Source: Lysobacterales bacterium
GTDB taxonomy: Bacteria > Pseudomonadota > Gammaproteobacteria > Xanthomonadales > SZUA-5
Assembly: GCA_022844165.1 (NCBI GenBank)
Contig: JALHMH010000022.1
Span: 1 to 64,000 of the forward strand
Length of the DNA stretch: 64,000 nt
Direction of reading: 5' to 3'
The position numbers and the translations under genes were made by a program. Under the pieces are notes generated by a model. The model had not been told where the DNA came from. It did not search any database and was given only the letters and a program-made list of their open reading frames with translations. Position 1 is the first letter of the stretch. The number at the start of each line of letters is the position of its first letter. This document shows positions 7,726 to 19,321 of this stretch, in pieces.

Positions 7726-10700
7726 ATGACCGATTCGGCCTTTACGCTCTTGCGCGATGCAGCTTCGGACGCGGACCACAACCTGTTGCGCCTCGCCGAC
7801 AGTTATGCGCGCGATGAAGCGGAGGTGATTGCAGAGTTGTTGCGCGTAGCAGAAATGAACCCCGACCTGAAAGCGAGGGTCTACGAAACGGCGGCTGATC
7901 TGGTACGGCGCACGCGAGCGAAAAAAGTCGAACAGGGCGCAGTGGAATCTTTCATGCGCCAGTACGATTTATCGAGCGAAGAAGGCGTGCTGCTGATGTG
8001 TGTCGCCGAGGCGCTGCTGCGGATTCCGGATGCCGATACCGCCGACAAATTGATCTCCGAAAAGTTGGGCGACGCCAACTGGGAGTCGCATGCTGGCAAG
8101 AGCGATAGCCTGTTGGTGAACGCCGGCACCTGGGGATTGATGCTGACCGGCAAGCTGGTCAAGATCGGCGAAGACACCAAGCGCAACTTTTTTGGTGCGT
8201 TCAAGCGTTTGATTGCGCGCTCCGGCGAACCCGTCGTGCGCCTCGCGGTGCGCCAGGCGATGCGCATCATGGGCCATCAGTTTGTGATGGGTCGGACCAT
8301 CGACGAAGCGCTGGCGCGCTCCAGAGACAAAGACCAGCGCGGTTATCGTCATTCCTTCGATATGCTCGGCGAATCGGCGCTGACCAGCAGCGATGCTGAG
8401 CGCTATCAGCAGAGCTATCGTGCGGCAATCCTGGCGATCGGCGCAGCTGGCCCCTACGCCGATTTGACCAGTGCGCCCAGCATTTCGGTGAAACTGTCGG
8501 CGTTGCATCCACGCTACGAGCGCGGCAAACGTGCGCGCGTTTTGGCAGAACTGACGCCGCGCGTGTTGGAGCTGGCGCAGTTGGCCAAAGCGCAAGGTAT
8601 TCCGATGACGATCGATGCAGAAGAAGCTGATCGCCTGGAGTTGTCTCTGGAGATTATCGCGCGAGTGCATCAGGATCCGAGCCTGGAAGGTTGGCAGGGA
8701 TTCGGACTCGCCGTACAGGCCTACCAAAAACGCGCGCTGGGTGCGATCGACTTTCTGGCAGACGTGGCGCGCAAAGCCGGGCGCCGCCTGAATGTGCGTC
8801 TGGTCAAAGGCGCCTATTGGGACAGCGAGGTCAAACGCGCGCAAATCGATGGTTTCGCCGGTTACCCGGTGTTTACGCGCAAGGCGAATACGGACTTATC
8901 TTATCTCGCGTGCGCACGCCGCCTGCTGGCGCACGGCGAAGTGTTTTACCCGCAGTTCGCCACGCACAATGCGCACACCATCGCAGCAATTTATCACTGC
9001 GCCGAAGGCCGTCCTTTCGAGTTCCAACGCTTGCACGGCATGGGCGCGGACTTGTACAGCGAAGTGATTCCGGCCGAGCGCCTCAACGCCGCGTGCCGTA
9101 TTTACGCGCCGGTGGGCAGCCATGAGGATTTGCTGCCGTATCTGGTGCGGCGGCTGCTCGAGAACGGTGCGAACAGCTCGTTCGTCAATCGTATTGTCGA
9201 TGAAAACGTCCCGGTCGATGCGCTCATTGCCCATCCCACCGAAGTGGTCGCGGCCACCGAACCCAAAGCACATCCTCGCATTCCGCTGCCGTTGAATCTG
9301 TACGGCAACGACCGGCAGAACTCGCGCGGCATCAATCTTGCTCGAGAACCAGATCTGCGCGCGCTGATCGCCGATACGGCGAAAGTCGGCTTCGGAGCGC
9401 TGAGCGCTGCACCGCTGGTGCCCGGCGCGCGCGAGAATGGACCGGCGTGGACGGTGACCGACCCGTCGGATCGACGTCGAATTCTGGGACAGGTTCTTCC
9501 GGCATCCGCAGCAACGGTCGAGCTGGCGCTGGCGCAGGCACACGCCGCCTGTACAGCGTGGGACGCGACACCCGTCGAGCGCCGCGCGGGCGCGCTCGAA
9601 CGCGCCGCGGAAATCATGGAACAGCAAACCGGCGAGTTGATCGCGTTGTGTACGCGCGAGGCCGGCAAGACCATCCCGGACGGCATCGCCGAAGTGCGCG
9701 AAGCGGTGGATTTCCTGCGTTACTACGCGCAGTGCGCGCGCCGCGAGTTTGCACCCAGGACACTTCCCGGACCCACCGGCGAATCGAACAAGTTGTTCCT
9801 TCACGGCCGCGGTGTGTTCGTCTGCATCAGCCCCTGGAATTTCCCACTCGCGATTTTTACCGGGCAAGTTGCCGCCGCGCTTGTCGCCGGGAACACAGTA
9901 CTCGCCAAACCCGCCGAGCAGACCAATCTCGTTGCGCATCGCGCCACGCAAATCCTGCATCAAGCCGGTATTCCGGAAGCCGTGTTGCAGCTGTTGCCGG
10001 GCGACGGCGCCAGCGTCGGTGCGGCGCTGACGCGCGATGCACGCGTAGCGGGTGTGTGCTTCACGGGGTCGACGGAAACCGCGCGCATCATCAACCGCTC
10101 GCTTGCTGCACGCGATGCCGCTATCGCAACGCTGATCGCCGAAACCGGGGGGCAAAACGCGCTGATCGCCGATTCGTCCGCGCTGCCGGAACAACTGGTC
10201 AAGGATGCTATCAGCGGCGCTTTTGGTTCTGCCGGTCAGCGCTGCTCGGCGACGCGCATCCTGTTCGTACAAGAGGATGTGGCAGATCGCACCATCAAAC
10301 TGCTCGCGGGCGCGATGGACGAATTGTCCATTGGCGATCCTGGATTGCTCGGCACTGATGTTGGCCCGGTGATCGACGACGAAGCGCGCAAGGTGCTGCT
10401 GGCGCATATCGGGCGTATGCAACGCGAAGCCAAACTGATCCGGGCGTTGACCATTCCAGAGGCCGCGCAGCACGGGTCCTTTGTCGCGCCGCAGGCCTTC
10501 GAACTGACCTCGCTCAAACAACTGCCGAGCGAAGTGTTCGGCCCGGTGCTGCACGTGATCCGCTACGCGGCCAAAGATCTCGATCAGGTCATCGACGAGA
10601 TCAACGCCACGGGTTATGGACTGACGCTTGGTATCCACAGCCGCATCGATGGCACCATCGAACATATCCAACGCCGCGTGCGCGCCGGCAACGCCTATGT

Positions 10701-10884
10701 CAACCGCAACATGATCGGCGCCGTGGTCGGCGTGCAACCGTTCGGTGGCGAGGGTTTATCCGGAACCGGCCCCAAAGCCGGCGGCCCGCACTACCTGCAT
10801 CGTTTCACCACCGAACGCACGCTCACCGTCAACACGGCGGCGGTGGGCGGTAATGCGTCGCTATTGGCGCTGGTCAGTGATTGA
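7726..10884 (+). CDS. putA: Bifunctional proline dehydrogenase / P5C dehydrogenase
   Basis: [49 protein letters not shown] and AGQRCSA motifs. Confidence 0.96.
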   Translation: MTDSAFTLLRDAASDADHNLLRLADSYARDEAEVIAELLRVAEMNPDLKARVYETAADLVRRTRAKKVEQGAVESFMRQYDLSSEEGVLLMCVAEALLRIPDADTADKLISEKLGDANWESHAGKSDSLLVNAGTWGLMLTGKLVKIGEDTKRNFFGAFKRLIARSGEPVVRLAVRQAMRIMGHQFVMGRTIDEALARSRDKDQRGYRHSFDMLGESALTSSDAERYQQSYRAAILAIGAAGPYADLTSAPSISVKLSALHPRYERGKRARVLAELTPRVLELAQLAKAQGIPMTIDAEEADRLELSLEIIARVHQDPSLEGWQGFGLAVQAYQKRALGAIDFLADVARKAGRRLNVRLVKGAYWDSEVKRAQIDGFAGYPVFTRKANTDLSYLACARRLLAHGEVFYPQFATHNAHTIAAIYHCAEGRPFEFQRLHGMGADLYSEVIPAERLNAACRIYAPVGSHEDLLPYLVRRLLENGANSSFVNRIVDENVPVDALIAHPTEVVAATEPKAHPRIPLPLNLYGNDRQNSRGINLAREPDLRALIADTAKVGFGALSAAPLVPGARENGPAWTVTDPSDRRRILGQVLPASAATVELALAQAHAACTAWDATPVERRAGALERAAEIMEQQTGELIALCTREAGKTIPDGIAEVREAVDFLRYYAQCARREFAPRTLPGPTGESNKLFLHGRGVFVCISPWNFPLAIFTGQVAAALVAGNTVLAKPAEQTNLVAHRATQILHQAGIPEAVLQLLPGDGASVGAALTRDARVAGVCFTGSTETARIINRSLAARDAAIATLIAETGGQNALIADSSALPEQLVKDAISGAFGSAGQRCSATRILFVQEDVADRTIKLLAGAMDELSIGDPGLLGTDVGPVIDDEARKVLLAHIGRMQREAKLIRALTIPEAAQHGSFVAPQAFELTSLKQLPSEVFGPVLHVIRYAAKDLDQVIDEINATGYGLTLGIHSRIDGTIEHIQRRVRAGNAYVNRNMIGAVVGVQPFGGEGLSGTGPKAGGPHYLHRFTTERTLTVNTAAVGGNASLLALVSD

Positions 10885-10900
10885 TCCGGGACCAAATTCA

Positions 10901-13177
10901 CTACCGGCTTCTCCACCAGCGCGCTTCCAACTCGCGCTGCCCAAAAACCAGTGGCGGTGAGCCCGCACGAAATTGCACGGTGATGGCGCCAGCCTGGCCG
11001 GTGTTTAACTGGCGTGCGCCGACACGGTCGACGCGGGCTCGCACTTCTGTGCGCGGGAAACCGAATCGGTTGCGCCACGCGGCGGAGTACAACACCCATT
11101 GCGGCGATACGGCCTCGAGAAATGCCGCAGAGCTCGAACCGGCGCTGCCATGATGGCCTGCGATCAGCACGTCAACATCGAGCGCGGCCGCCTGTTCGCG
11201 GATCAGACGACCTTCGACGACTTCGCCGATGTCGCCCGGAATCAAGGCACTACCGCTGGTACCGGCAATACGCACCACGCACGAGCTCTCGTTCCCCAAA
11301 TAGGGCATCAATTCCGGTGGATGCAAGACTTCGATGACGACTTTGTCGTAGTCCCAACGTTGGCCCGGCGCACAACGCTGGCCGCCCGGAATCTCCTCGG
11401 GTGCCGCGCCAAACCGCTCCGCGACGTCGATCCGTCGTAGCAAGCCCTCGGTGCCGCCGCTGTGATCGAGGTCGTTGTGACTGACAATGAGCGTATCGAG
11501 GTGGCGTACACCCAGGCGCGTCAGGCTTGGCACGAGAACGCGATCCGACAGATCACCGCCATCTGGAAAACCCGGGCCAGTATCGATGAGCAGAGCCCGA
11601 TTGGCCGTTCGAATCAACGTAGCCTGTCCCTGGCCGACGTCGAGCAAGTGCAGATCGAACGCGCCCTCCGGCAAGCGCTCGCGCTGCGGAAAGACCAGCG
11701 GCAACAGTGCGCACACGCCGACGAATCGCAATGGCCAGCCACGCGGCGCCAGCATCCAGAGTGTGCCCGCGATGGCCAACAGCCAGGCCCACCATGATGG
11801 CTCCGGCAGCGCGATACGTGCCGCAGGCCAGGTCGCGGCATGGGTCACGAGCCAATCGAATGGCACCAACAACCAGGCGGCGAATTGCAACAACATCGCA
11901 CTTATTGGCGCTAACGGCCATGTGACCAAAGACGCAATCAACACCGGCACGACAACAAAGGTGACGTAAGGAACCGCCAATACATTTACCAACGGTGCAC
12001 CGAGACTGGTCTGCTGAAACAACGCCAACCCCATTGGCAACAATGCCAAAGAAAGGCCCAGTTGCGGCAACACCCAAAGGCGCCAGCCACGCATCGGCCG
12101 CCAATGGCCGGAGTACGCCAGAATCAACCATGCTACGGCCCCGAAACTCAGCCAAAATCCCGCGCCAAGTGGCGCCAGCGGGTCGATCAACAGAACCGCA
12201 ACCAGCGCGATCGCATAGCGCACCCACCAACTCAGCTCGATTCGCAGCAGTACGCCGAGCAGCATCGCCGCAATGGTGATCAGTGTGCGCTGCGTCGGTA
12301 GCGAGAACCCGGCGATCTGGGCATACAAAAACGCGGTCCCCAGTGCGCCGATCGCCATCGCCTGCGATCTGGGCATGCGCAGGCCTAGAGTTGGCCACAA
12401 CCAATAGAGCACCCAAAGAAGTCCGCCACCAACCGCCGCTGCCAAGCCCACATGCAGGCCTGAAATTGCGATCAGATGTGAGGTTCCAGTCGCGCGGAAC
12501 GCGTCCCAGTCGGCTTCGACGAATTCACGGGTATCGCCGATGCCGAGCGCTTTGACCAGGGCTCGCACCCGGCCCGCAGCCAACGTTGCGTCAATGCGTT
12601 GAGCGATGGCGGCACGCGTGCGCAGCACCGGCTGACCCAGATTGCAGTCGATCGGCGTCGCTGCTGTGATGTAACCGGTCGCGCTCAAACCCTGCGAAGC
12701 TGCATAACGATCAAAATCGAATCCAGACACATTGACCAACCCACGCGGCGGTTTCAGGCGGACCGTTGCGCTGAGACATTCGTCCGCAGCGATCCGCGCG
12801 GCCGGGTCGTACCACGACAAACGCAAACGACGTCCGTCCTCGGTCGTCGCATCGAATCGCAGCGCACGATCCAGTCGCTGCGGCAGATTGACGATGCGCA
12901 GTTGCACTTGCACATCCAGGCCGGGGTCCCAGCGCGACTGCAAACTGGCATGCGCCGCCAACGTCGCATATCCGAGCCCGACGAGAAACAGCAAGAGGGC
13001 CCGCGCCGCTGGCGACCGCCAACGCCACCATATCGCGCCGGAAACCAGGATCGCCAGGCCGAGCCAACCGAAAAGCGGTAGCGCCGTGAGTCCAACCAAC
13101 AGCACGCATCCGAACGCAAAGGCGAATCCGTCGGGCAGACCCAACGGCGCCTCTTTGTCATTTGGCTTGATCAGCAA
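10901..13177 (-). CDS. comEC: DNA-uptake competence protein ComEC/Rec2
   Basis: TGTSHLIAISGLH competence motif; multiple TM helices; C-terminal metallo-beta-lactamase domain (LDVGQG, SHNDLDHSGG, HHGS). Confidence 0.93.
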   Translation of the reverse strand: MLIKPNDKEAPLGLPDGFAFAFGCVLLVGLTALPLFGWLGLAILVSGAIWWRWRSPAARALLLFLVGLGYATLAAHASLQSRWDPGLDVQVQLRIVNLPQRLDRALRFDATTEDGRRLRLSWYDPAARIAADECLSATVRLKPPRGLVNVSGFDFDRYAASQGLSATGYITAATPIDCNLGQPVLRTRAAIAQRIDATLAAGRVRALVKALGIGDTREFVEADWDAFRATGTSHLIAISGLHVGLAAAVGGGLLWVLYWLWPTLGLRMPRSQAMAIGALGTAFLYAQIAGFSLPTQRTLITIAAMLLGVLLRIELSWWVRYAIALVAVLLIDPLAPLGAGFWLSFGAVAWLILAYSGHWRPMRGWRLWVLPQLGLSLALLPMGLALFQQTSLGAPLVNVLAVPYVTFVVVPVLIASLVTWPLAPISAMLLQFAAWLLVPFDWLVTHAATWPAARIALPEPSWWAWLLAIAGTLWMLAPRGWPLRFVGVCALLPLVFPQRERLPEGAFDLHLLDVGQGQATLIRTANRALLIDTGPGFPDGGDLSDRVLVPSLTRLGVRHLDTLIVSHNDLDHSGGTEGLLRRIDVAERFGAAPEEIPGGQRCAPGQRWDYDKVVIEVLHPPELMPYLGNESSCVVRIAGTSGSALIPGDIGEVVEGRLIREQAAALDVDVLIAGHHGSAGSSSAAFLEAVSPQWVLYSAAWRNRFGFPRTEVRARVDRVGARQLNTGQAGAITVQFRAGSPPLVFGQRELEARWWRSR

Positions 13178-13382
13178 GATCGATCATCCGCACGTCGGAT
13201 AAATCGACACGGTCGCTTTTCGCGGCGCACCAGGCCGCTCGAGCGAGCGCAACGCGGGCTGTCATCGTGAAGACCCGGTCGTTGAACGGTCATGGCCCTA
13301 CCTTACGATTCTTCGCACAGCAGTTTAACCCGCTCGAAGATGCGCCGCGTATGCTCATCGAGCGTCATACGCTGGACAGGTA

Positions 13383-14489
13383 ATGCAGCTCACGAGTATC
13401 GACATCGCGTTTTTCAGCGCCGCGTTGATCAATTTCACCAGTGCAGTTATGTTGGCTGGGTTCGCGCCGGCGACACCGCTACGCAACGCGCTTTTTGTCT
13501 ACGCAGCAGGATTGGCGCTGGTGGCGATCTCACTGCTCACGGTGGCCTTTCGCGCATGGCTTGGGATTTCCGGCCAGGATTGGTTGATCACCAATACGAC
13601 CAGCGTGCTGTCTGCGGCCTGCCTGCTGATTTCGATCCATCTGGTTTTTGATCGAACACCCCCGTATTGGGTCATCGGAACAGTGGTTGCGATTCTCGTC
13701 GTGCTGTTGACGATATTCGATGGCGATGTCGACCAACGACCGTTGCGCAACCTGATTACCGTGGGTGCCATGATGGTGTCGATGTTCTGGCGGGCTTCCA
13801 TCGCGCTGCGCTATCAAGCGCGCGACGAACGCACGCCAGCGACCGCCATGGCGTTGTTATTGGCCATCAATGGGAGCGTCATGCTCGTGGCGATCGTCTG
13901 GTCATCGTTTGGCGCCAAGGATAATCCTGCCGTCGGCTTTGCCGCGTTCACCGGAACGGTCATTTCGGTCCCGGTGATCGTAACCCTCTTGATGATCATC
14001 AACCGCCGATCACAAGCGAATCTGCGCAAGCTCGCGGATACCGATTCGCTCAGCGGCGCGCTCAATCGTCGCGCGTTCTTCGAGCATGCAGAAGAACGCA
14101 TCGCAGGCGCGACGATTGCGATGATCGACTTCGACCACTTCAAGCAGATCAACGATCGGCATGGCCATCAGGCCGGAGACCGCGTCATTGCGACGAGCAT
14201 ACCGGCACTCAAGAAGCACCTGCCGCCGACGGCGATATTGGGCCGCTACGGCGGTGAGGAGTTTGTGGTCTTGCTGCCGGCGGGTACAGACGCAGACACT
14301 CGAATCGAACCGATGCGACTGGCGATCAACACCACCGCATCGACCGCTTTGGGTCGCCCGGTGACAGCATCGATTGGACATGCCCGGCACCAGTCGGGTG
14401 AAAACATCGACGCCACCATTGCCCGCGCAGACCAGGCGCTGTATCAGGCGAAAGCCCAAGGTCGCAATCGCTGCGTCGCGGACATCTAG
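13383..14489 (+). CDS. Membrane-anchored diguanylate cyclase
   Basis: Multi-TM N-terminus; DFDHFKQINDRHGHQAGD; RYGGEEF; ADQALYQAK..GRN. Confidence 0.92.
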   Translation: MQLTSIDIAFFSAALINFTSAVMLAGFAPATPLRNALFVYAAGLALVAISLLTVAFRAWLGISGQDWLITNTTSVLSAACLLISIHLVFDRTPPYWVIGTVVAILVVLLTIFDGDVDQRPLRNLITVGAMMVSMFWRASIALRYQARDERTPATAMALLLAINGSVMLVAIVWSSFGAKDNPAVGFAAFTGTVISVPVIVTLLMIINRRSQANLRKLADTDSLSGALNRRAFFEHAEERIAGATIAMIDFDHFKQINDRHGHQAGDRVIATSIPALKKHLPPTAILGRYGGEEFVVLLPAGTDADTRIEPMRLAINTTASTALGRPVTASIGHARHQSGENIDATIARADQALYQAKAQGRNRCVADI

Positions 14490-14537
14490 TGTTCCATTGC
14501 GACGACGAGCCCGCAGGCTGTATCTCAACAGCCTGCC

Positions 14538-14655
14538 AGCGAGGCTTCGCCCCGGACCGCCGAGCATTGTTGGATCAGCTCCGCACCGTAAAGCCAAAGC
14601 CGCTCCGAAGAAACAGACTCAAATCTACCGATGCGGCTCCGTCAAAGACGGTAGC
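14538..14655 (-). repeat. Dispersed intergenic repeat family, copy A (internally deleted)
   Basis: Reverse complement shares TTGACGGAGCCG..ATTTGAGTC..GGAGCGGCTTTGGCTTT and CCAACAATGCTC..GGCGAAGCCTCGCT with the copy at 30198; the latter two blocks are also in the 25154 copy. Confidence 0.85.
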
Positions 14656-14702
14656 GAGGCTCTGTTAGCATCCGCGGCCTCGCAACTCTGATCGCTGACC
14701 CG

Positions 14703-15845
14703 ATGCTCGCCAGCAAACTACCGAACGTCGGCACCACGATTTTCGCCGTCATGTCGCAGCTCGCCGCAGAACATCGCGCAGTGAATCTGGGACAGGGTTT
14801 CCCCGACTTCGAAGGGCCGGGTGCTTTGCATGAGGCCCTGGCGCGGCATGTGCGCGAGGGCAAGAATCAGTACGCGCCGATGACGGGTATCGCGCCGCTG
14901 CGCGCTGCCATCGCAAACAAAACCCAAAGGTTGTACGGTCGCGTGATCGACAGCGATACCGAAGTGACCGTCACCAGTGGCGCGACCGAGGCGCTTTTTG
15001 CGGCCATCCACGCGGTGGTGCGCCCCGGCGATGAAGTCATTGTGCTCGATCCGTGCTACGACAGCTACGAGCCGGCCATCGAACTGGCTGGGGGCCGCGC
15101 GGTGCATGTGCCGCTGACGCCGCCGCAGTTCGGCGTCGATTGGCAGCGCGTCAACGACGCGATTTCACCACGCACGCGGCTGATCATGATCAACTCACCG
15201 CACAACCCCAGTGGTGCCACACTTTCGCCGGAGGATCTCGACGCTCTGGCAGCACTGGTGCGCAACACGTCGATACTGGTGCTGTCCGATGAGGTTTATG
15301 AGCACATCATCTTCGATGGTCGCGCGCATTGCAGCGTTCTGCGACACGCAGAGCTTGCCGAACGTAGTTTTGCGGTGTCCAGCTTTGGCAAGACGTACCA
15401 TATCACTGGCTGGAAAGTCGGCTACTGCATCGCGCCACCGGCTTTGACGATCGAGTTTCGCAAAGTGCACCAGTATTTGACGTTCTGCACTTTCAACGCC
15501 GCCCAATGGGCCTTGGCCGAGGTGCTCGAATCCGATCCGCAGCACTATCTGGATCTACCCGGGTTTTACCAGCAAAAACGCGACCACTTCGCGGCGGCAC
15601 TGGCGCCGTCGAAGTTTCAGCTATTGCCCGTCGCTGGTGCCTATTTTCAGCTCGCGGACTACGCCGCCATCAGCGACGAAGACGATCAGGCCTTCTGCCG
15701 ACGCCTGGTCACCGAGCATGGTGTTGCAGCGATCCCGATATCGGCGTTCTATCAGTCGCCTCCGCGGCAATCGATCGTCCGCTTCTGTTTTGCCAAAACC
15801 ACGGCCACATTGGATGCAGCCGCGGAGCGCTTATGCGCGATTTGA
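14703..15845 (+). CDS. ybdL: PLP-dependent aminotransferase (YbdL/methionine aminotransferase type)
   Basis: SKLPNVGTTIF, NLGQGFPDF, NSPHNPSG, SDEVYEHI, SSFGKTYHITGWKVGY. Confidence 0.9.
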   Translation: MLASKLPNVGTTIFAVMSQLAAEHRAVNLGQGFPDFEGPGALHEALARHVREGKNQYAPMTGIAPLRAAIANKTQRLYGRVIDSDTEVTVTSGATEALFAAIHAVVRPGDEVIVLDPCYDSYEPAIELAGGRAVHVPLTPPQFGVDWQRVNDAISPRTRLIMINSPHNPSGATLSPEDLDALAALVRNTSILVLSDEVYEHIIFDGRAHCSVLRHAELAERSFAVSSFGKTYHITGWKVGYCIAPPALTIEFRKVHQYLTFCTFNAAQWALAEVLESDPQHYLDLPGFYQQKRDHFAAALAPSKFQLLPVAGAYFQLADYAAISDEDDQAFCRRLVTEHGVAAIPISAFYQSPPRQSIVRFCFAKTTATLDAAAERLCAI

Positions 15846-16615
15846 ACGTTACCCTGATTCAGGACGCCACCTTGTGGCATGACGCCGCTGCAAATCAGGC
15901 GCTGTATGGCGACCGCGTGCGCGCCGCACCGCCAAGCGATTTATTCGTATTGCCCGAAACCTTCTTGTCGGGCTTTTCGAATACGGCAGATGCCCAAACC
16001 ATGGACGGCGAATGCATTGCCTGGCTTCGCGACCTCAGCATCGAGCGACGCGCGGTCATCACCGGCAGCCTCGTGGTTCGCAGCGGCGAGCGCATCGTCA
16101 ATCGCCTGATCTGGGCGCGCCCGGATGGGACGCTGTCGGTCTACGACAAGCGACATCTTTTTCGGATGGCAAGGGAACACGAACGATATGCAGCAGGCGA
16201 CGAGCGCCTGATCGTCGAATTGCACGGTTGGCGAATCTGTCCGCAAGTTTGTTATGACCTGCGCTTCCCGGTATGGCTGCGCAATCGCATGAGCGATGGC
16301 CGCATGGACTACGATGCGTTGCTTTTCGTTGCCAATTGGCCTGCCCCGCGCCATCAGCATTGGCGCACGCTGTTGCAAGCACGCGCCATCGAAAATCTGG
16401 CTTATTGCATCGCTGTCAACCGCGTCGGGATGGACGGCAACCAGTTGCAGTACCTGGGCGGCAGCGCTGCGATCGATTTTCTGGGCGCACATTTGGCCGA
16501 ACTCGGGGCGCAACCTGGATCCGTCACAGTGACGCTCAGCGCCGAACAACTGGCCGCTCACCGTGAGCGCTTCCCGGCATGGATGGACGCAGACGATTTT
16601 TCGTTGCGCCCCTAA
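15833..16615 (+). CDS. yafV: Nitrilase-family omega-amidase (YafV type)
   Basis: Catalytic E-K-C motifs LPETF, YDKRHLF, VCYDLRFP; ARAIEN; overlaps the ybdL stop. Confidence 0.88.
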   Translation: MRDLNVTLIQDATLWHDAAANQALYGDRVRAAPPSDLFVLPETFLSGFSNTADAQTMDGECIAWLRDLSIERRAVITGSLVVRSGERIVNRLIWARPDGTLSVYDKRHLFRMAREHERYAAGDERLIVELHGWRICPQVCYDLRFPVWLRNRMSDGRMDYDALLFVANWPAPRHQHWRTLLQARAIENLAYCIAVNRVGMDGNQLQYLGGSAAIDFLGAHLAELGAQPGSVTVTLSAEQLAAHRERFPAWMDADDFSLRP

Positions 16616-16793
16616 GTTTCGCCCTGCGCCGAACAACTCGAACCACAGTCCGACTCCAAAGGCAAAGACGAGCGAGGGCCGAAACCGGGAGAAAATGGGG
16701 CAACCTGGAATGAGTATCGGCTCTCACTCGTCAGACGTTCGCCCAACACCGGATGGCGGCGCCGCGTAAGTCCGGAGGGCGGATTCTGACCAT

Positions 16794-16830
16794 CGAAGCC
16801 AACACTGCTCGGCCATCTGAGGCGAAGCTC
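16794..16830 (+). repeat. Dispersed repeat family, partial copy D
   Basis: CGAAGCCAACACTGCTCGGCCATCTGAGGCGAAGC matches the right arm of the 25154 and 30198 copies. Confidence 0.65.
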
Positions 16831-16836
16831 CGCAGC

Positions 16837-19023
16837 CTAACGCACGCTCCCCTTGAGGCCGCGACGCGCCAGAAAGTGCTTAACGTCCGGATTCTGCCCG
16901 CGCCACTTTAGGTACATCGCCATCGGGTCCTCGCTGTTGCCGCGGGACAGGATCGCTTCGCGATAGCGGCTGCCGACTTCGCTGTTCAGTCCGCCAAGCT
17001 GTTGCACATGGGCGAAGGCGTCGGCCGCCAGTACCTCGCTCCACAGGTAGGCGTAATAGCCGGCCGAATAGCCGCCTGGAAAGATGTGATCGAAGTAGGC
17101 ACTGCGATAGCGCGGCGGCACGGCCGTCAAGTCGACGCCATACCTGGCCAGTGCGGCTTGCTCGAAGGCTTCCACATCGTCGACTTTCGCATCAGCGGAC
17201 AGCATGTGCCACTCCAGATCGAGCAAACTGGCGGCGATGTACTCCAAGGTGTCGAAACCCTGGTTGAAGCCGCTGGCCGCGAGCACCTTCTGCAACAGCT
17301 CAGGCGGGATCGGTTCGCCAGTTGCGTGGTGCCTGGCGTAGTTGGCGATCACTTCCGGCGCCTTCGACCAGTCTTCCTCGAACTGGGAGGGGAACTCGAC
17401 GTAATCGCTGGGCACCGCGGTACCGGCCAGCGATGGATAGCGCACTGTCGAGAACAGGCCGTGCACGGCGTGCCCGACCTCGTGGTACAGGGTCACGACA
17501 TGATCGAAGCTCATCAGCGCGGGCGCGCCATCGACGGGCTTGGGAAGATTCATCACGTTGATCACCACCGGTTTGCGGCCCAGCAGGCCGCTCTGGCCCA
17601 CGAAGCTCGACATCCAGGCGCCACCGCGCTTTCCGGGCCGGGCGAAGTAGTCGGCGTAGAACAAGCCAATCAGGCTGTCATCACTGTCGATGACATCGAA
17701 CACGCGCACGTCGGGGTGGTACACCGGGAGATCGCTGCGCTCAACAAAGCGCACGCCGTAGAAGCGGTTCATGGTAAAAAACACGCCATCGCTCAGCACG
17801 CGGCCAAGTTCAAAGTAGTTTTTCACTTGCTCGCTGTCAAAGGCATATTTCGCCGCTCGCACCTGCTCGGCGTAAAATTCCCAGTCCCAGGGCTGCGGCT
17901 CGAAGTCGCCGCCTTGCTCGCGGAGCAACGCCCGGATATCGGCCGCTTCCTGCTCGGTGTTGCGGATCACGGTCGGCACGAGGTCGGTGAGCATCGTCAG
18001 CACCGCCTCGGGCTTGCCAGCCATCTGGCTTTCCAGGCGGTAGGCGGCATGGTTGGGAAAGCCCAGAAGGTTGGCGCGCTCGGCGCGTAGTCTGGCCAGG
18101 CGCAGCACCATGCTGCGCGTGTCGCCCGCGCCTTCCTGCAGGCCACGATTGGCCGAGGCTCGCCACACACGCTCGCGCAACGCGCGATCTTTGAGCGAGA
18201 TCAGCACCGGCTGGCGCGTGGTGTTGGTGATCGACAGCAGCCATTTGCCCGGCTGACCGGCGGCAGCGGCGGCCTGTGCGGCTGCGGCGATGCTGTCGCT
18301 GTCCAGACCATCGAGTTCGACCAAGCTCTCGACGATCACCGCAGCAGCCTCAGTCTGCGCGAGCAGCGCCTGTTCGAATGCGGTCGTGAGACCGGCCTCT
18401 TCCTCGTTAATGGTCCGCAGCCGCTGCCGGGCCTCTTCGGGCAGCTGCACGCCGGCGCGCACGAAGCGCTTGTAGGTCTGATCAACGAGGCGCAAGGCCT
18501 CGGCATCCGCCTGCAGCGAATCGCGCGCGTCGTACAGCGCCTTCACTCGCGCAAAGAGCTTGCCATTAAGCAGGATATTGTCGGCGTGCGCGGCGATTTT
18601 TGGCGCGATCTCTGACTGGATCCTGCGCAACTCCTCGGTGCTGTCGGTCGCGGTCAGATTGAAGAACACCGCTTGCACACGATCGAGGATCTCACCCGAG
18701 CGCTCCATGGCTTCCAGAGTATTCTCGATGCTGGGTGGATCGAGATTGTCGGCAATCGCCTGGATCTGCTTGAGCTGTTGTGCCATGCCTTCGTTGAACG
18801 CGGGCAGGTAATGCGCTTGCGCAATGAGGCGAAAGTCAGGCGCCAACAACGGCAGCTCACTGGGCCTGAAGAACGGATTGGACTCCTTCGCCGATGGTGA
18901 GCCGGAAGCCGGGCTGGCGCCGGCCGCGTCGGATGTTGGTTCACCGGGGGAGCAGGCGCCCAGCGCCAGAGCCAGGCCGGCGACGCCCAGCAGACGTCCG
19001 CTGCAATTAGAACTACGCTTCAT
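16837..19023 (-). CDS. dcp: M3-family metallopeptidase (Dcp-like), lipoprotein
   Basis: Lipobox LALGAC; KRGGAWMS; HEVGH zinc motif; DYVEFPSQ; GGYSAGYYAYLWSEVL. Confidence 0.9.
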   Translation of the reverse strand: MKRSSNCSGRLLGVAGLALALGACSPGEPTSDAAGASPASGSPSAKESNPFFRPSELPLLAPDFRLIAQAHYLPAFNEGMAQQLKQIQAIADNLDPPSIENTLEAMERSGEILDRVQAVFFNLTATDSTEELRRIQSEIAPKIAAHADNILLNGKLFARVKALYDARDSLQADAEALRLVDQTYKRFVRAGVQLPEEARQRLRTINEEEAGLTTAFEQALLAQTEAAAVIVESLVELDGLDSDSIAAAAQAAAAAGQPGKWLLSITNTTRQPVLISLKDRALRERVWRASANRGLQEGAGDTRSMVLRLARLRAERANLLGFPNHAAYRLESQMAGKPEAVLTMLTDLVPTVIRNTEQEAADIRALLREQGGDFEPQPWDWEFYAEQVRAAKYAFDSEQVKNYFELGRVLSDGVFFTMNRFYGVRFVERSDLPVYHPDVRVFDVIDSDDSLIGLFYADYFARPGKRGGAWMSSFVGQSGLLGRKPVVINVMNLPKPVDGAPALMSFDHVVTLYHEVGHAVHGLFSTVRYPSLAGTAVPSDYVEFPSQFEEDWSKAPEVIANYARHHATGEPIPPELLQKVLAASGFNQGFDTLEYIAASLLDLEWHMLSADAKVDDVEAFEQAALARYGVDLTAVPPRYRSAYFDHIFPGGYSAGYYAYLWSEVLAADAFAHVQQLGGLNSEVGSRYREAILSRGNSEDPMAMYLKWRGQNPDVKHFLARRGLKGSVR

Positions 19024-19321
19024 CGTGATTCCCTGGGTACGAATTTCCGCCGTTAGCGCAGCGCTCCAGCGGGTGGAAAGTTACGCTGTCGAACGCAATG
19101 GTCGGCTGCCTTATGGCGAGCCTCGATACTATACGGGCCTGAGCGATGCGCATCCCAACATCACAGCGCTGTCGTTTTCGCCAGCAATTTCCGATTCAAA
19201 CGGTCAGGGCAACTTTCTGCCCTGCACCGCGACGTCCGAGCCAGCGTCTGCGCGACTTGGGCTACCTGCCGCCAAGCCGCAGGCTGATGTTCGGGGCCGC
19301 CTCAGTTTAGGAGCCGCACAC

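Noticed and set aside
8896-10737. 613-aa minus-strand ORF
   Set aside because: Antisense shadow of putA.
18824-19321. N-terminal extension of the S1 protease ORF
   Set aside because: Overlaps the M3 peptidase gene and its promoter; an RBS (AGGAG) and signal-like segment support the start at 19322.
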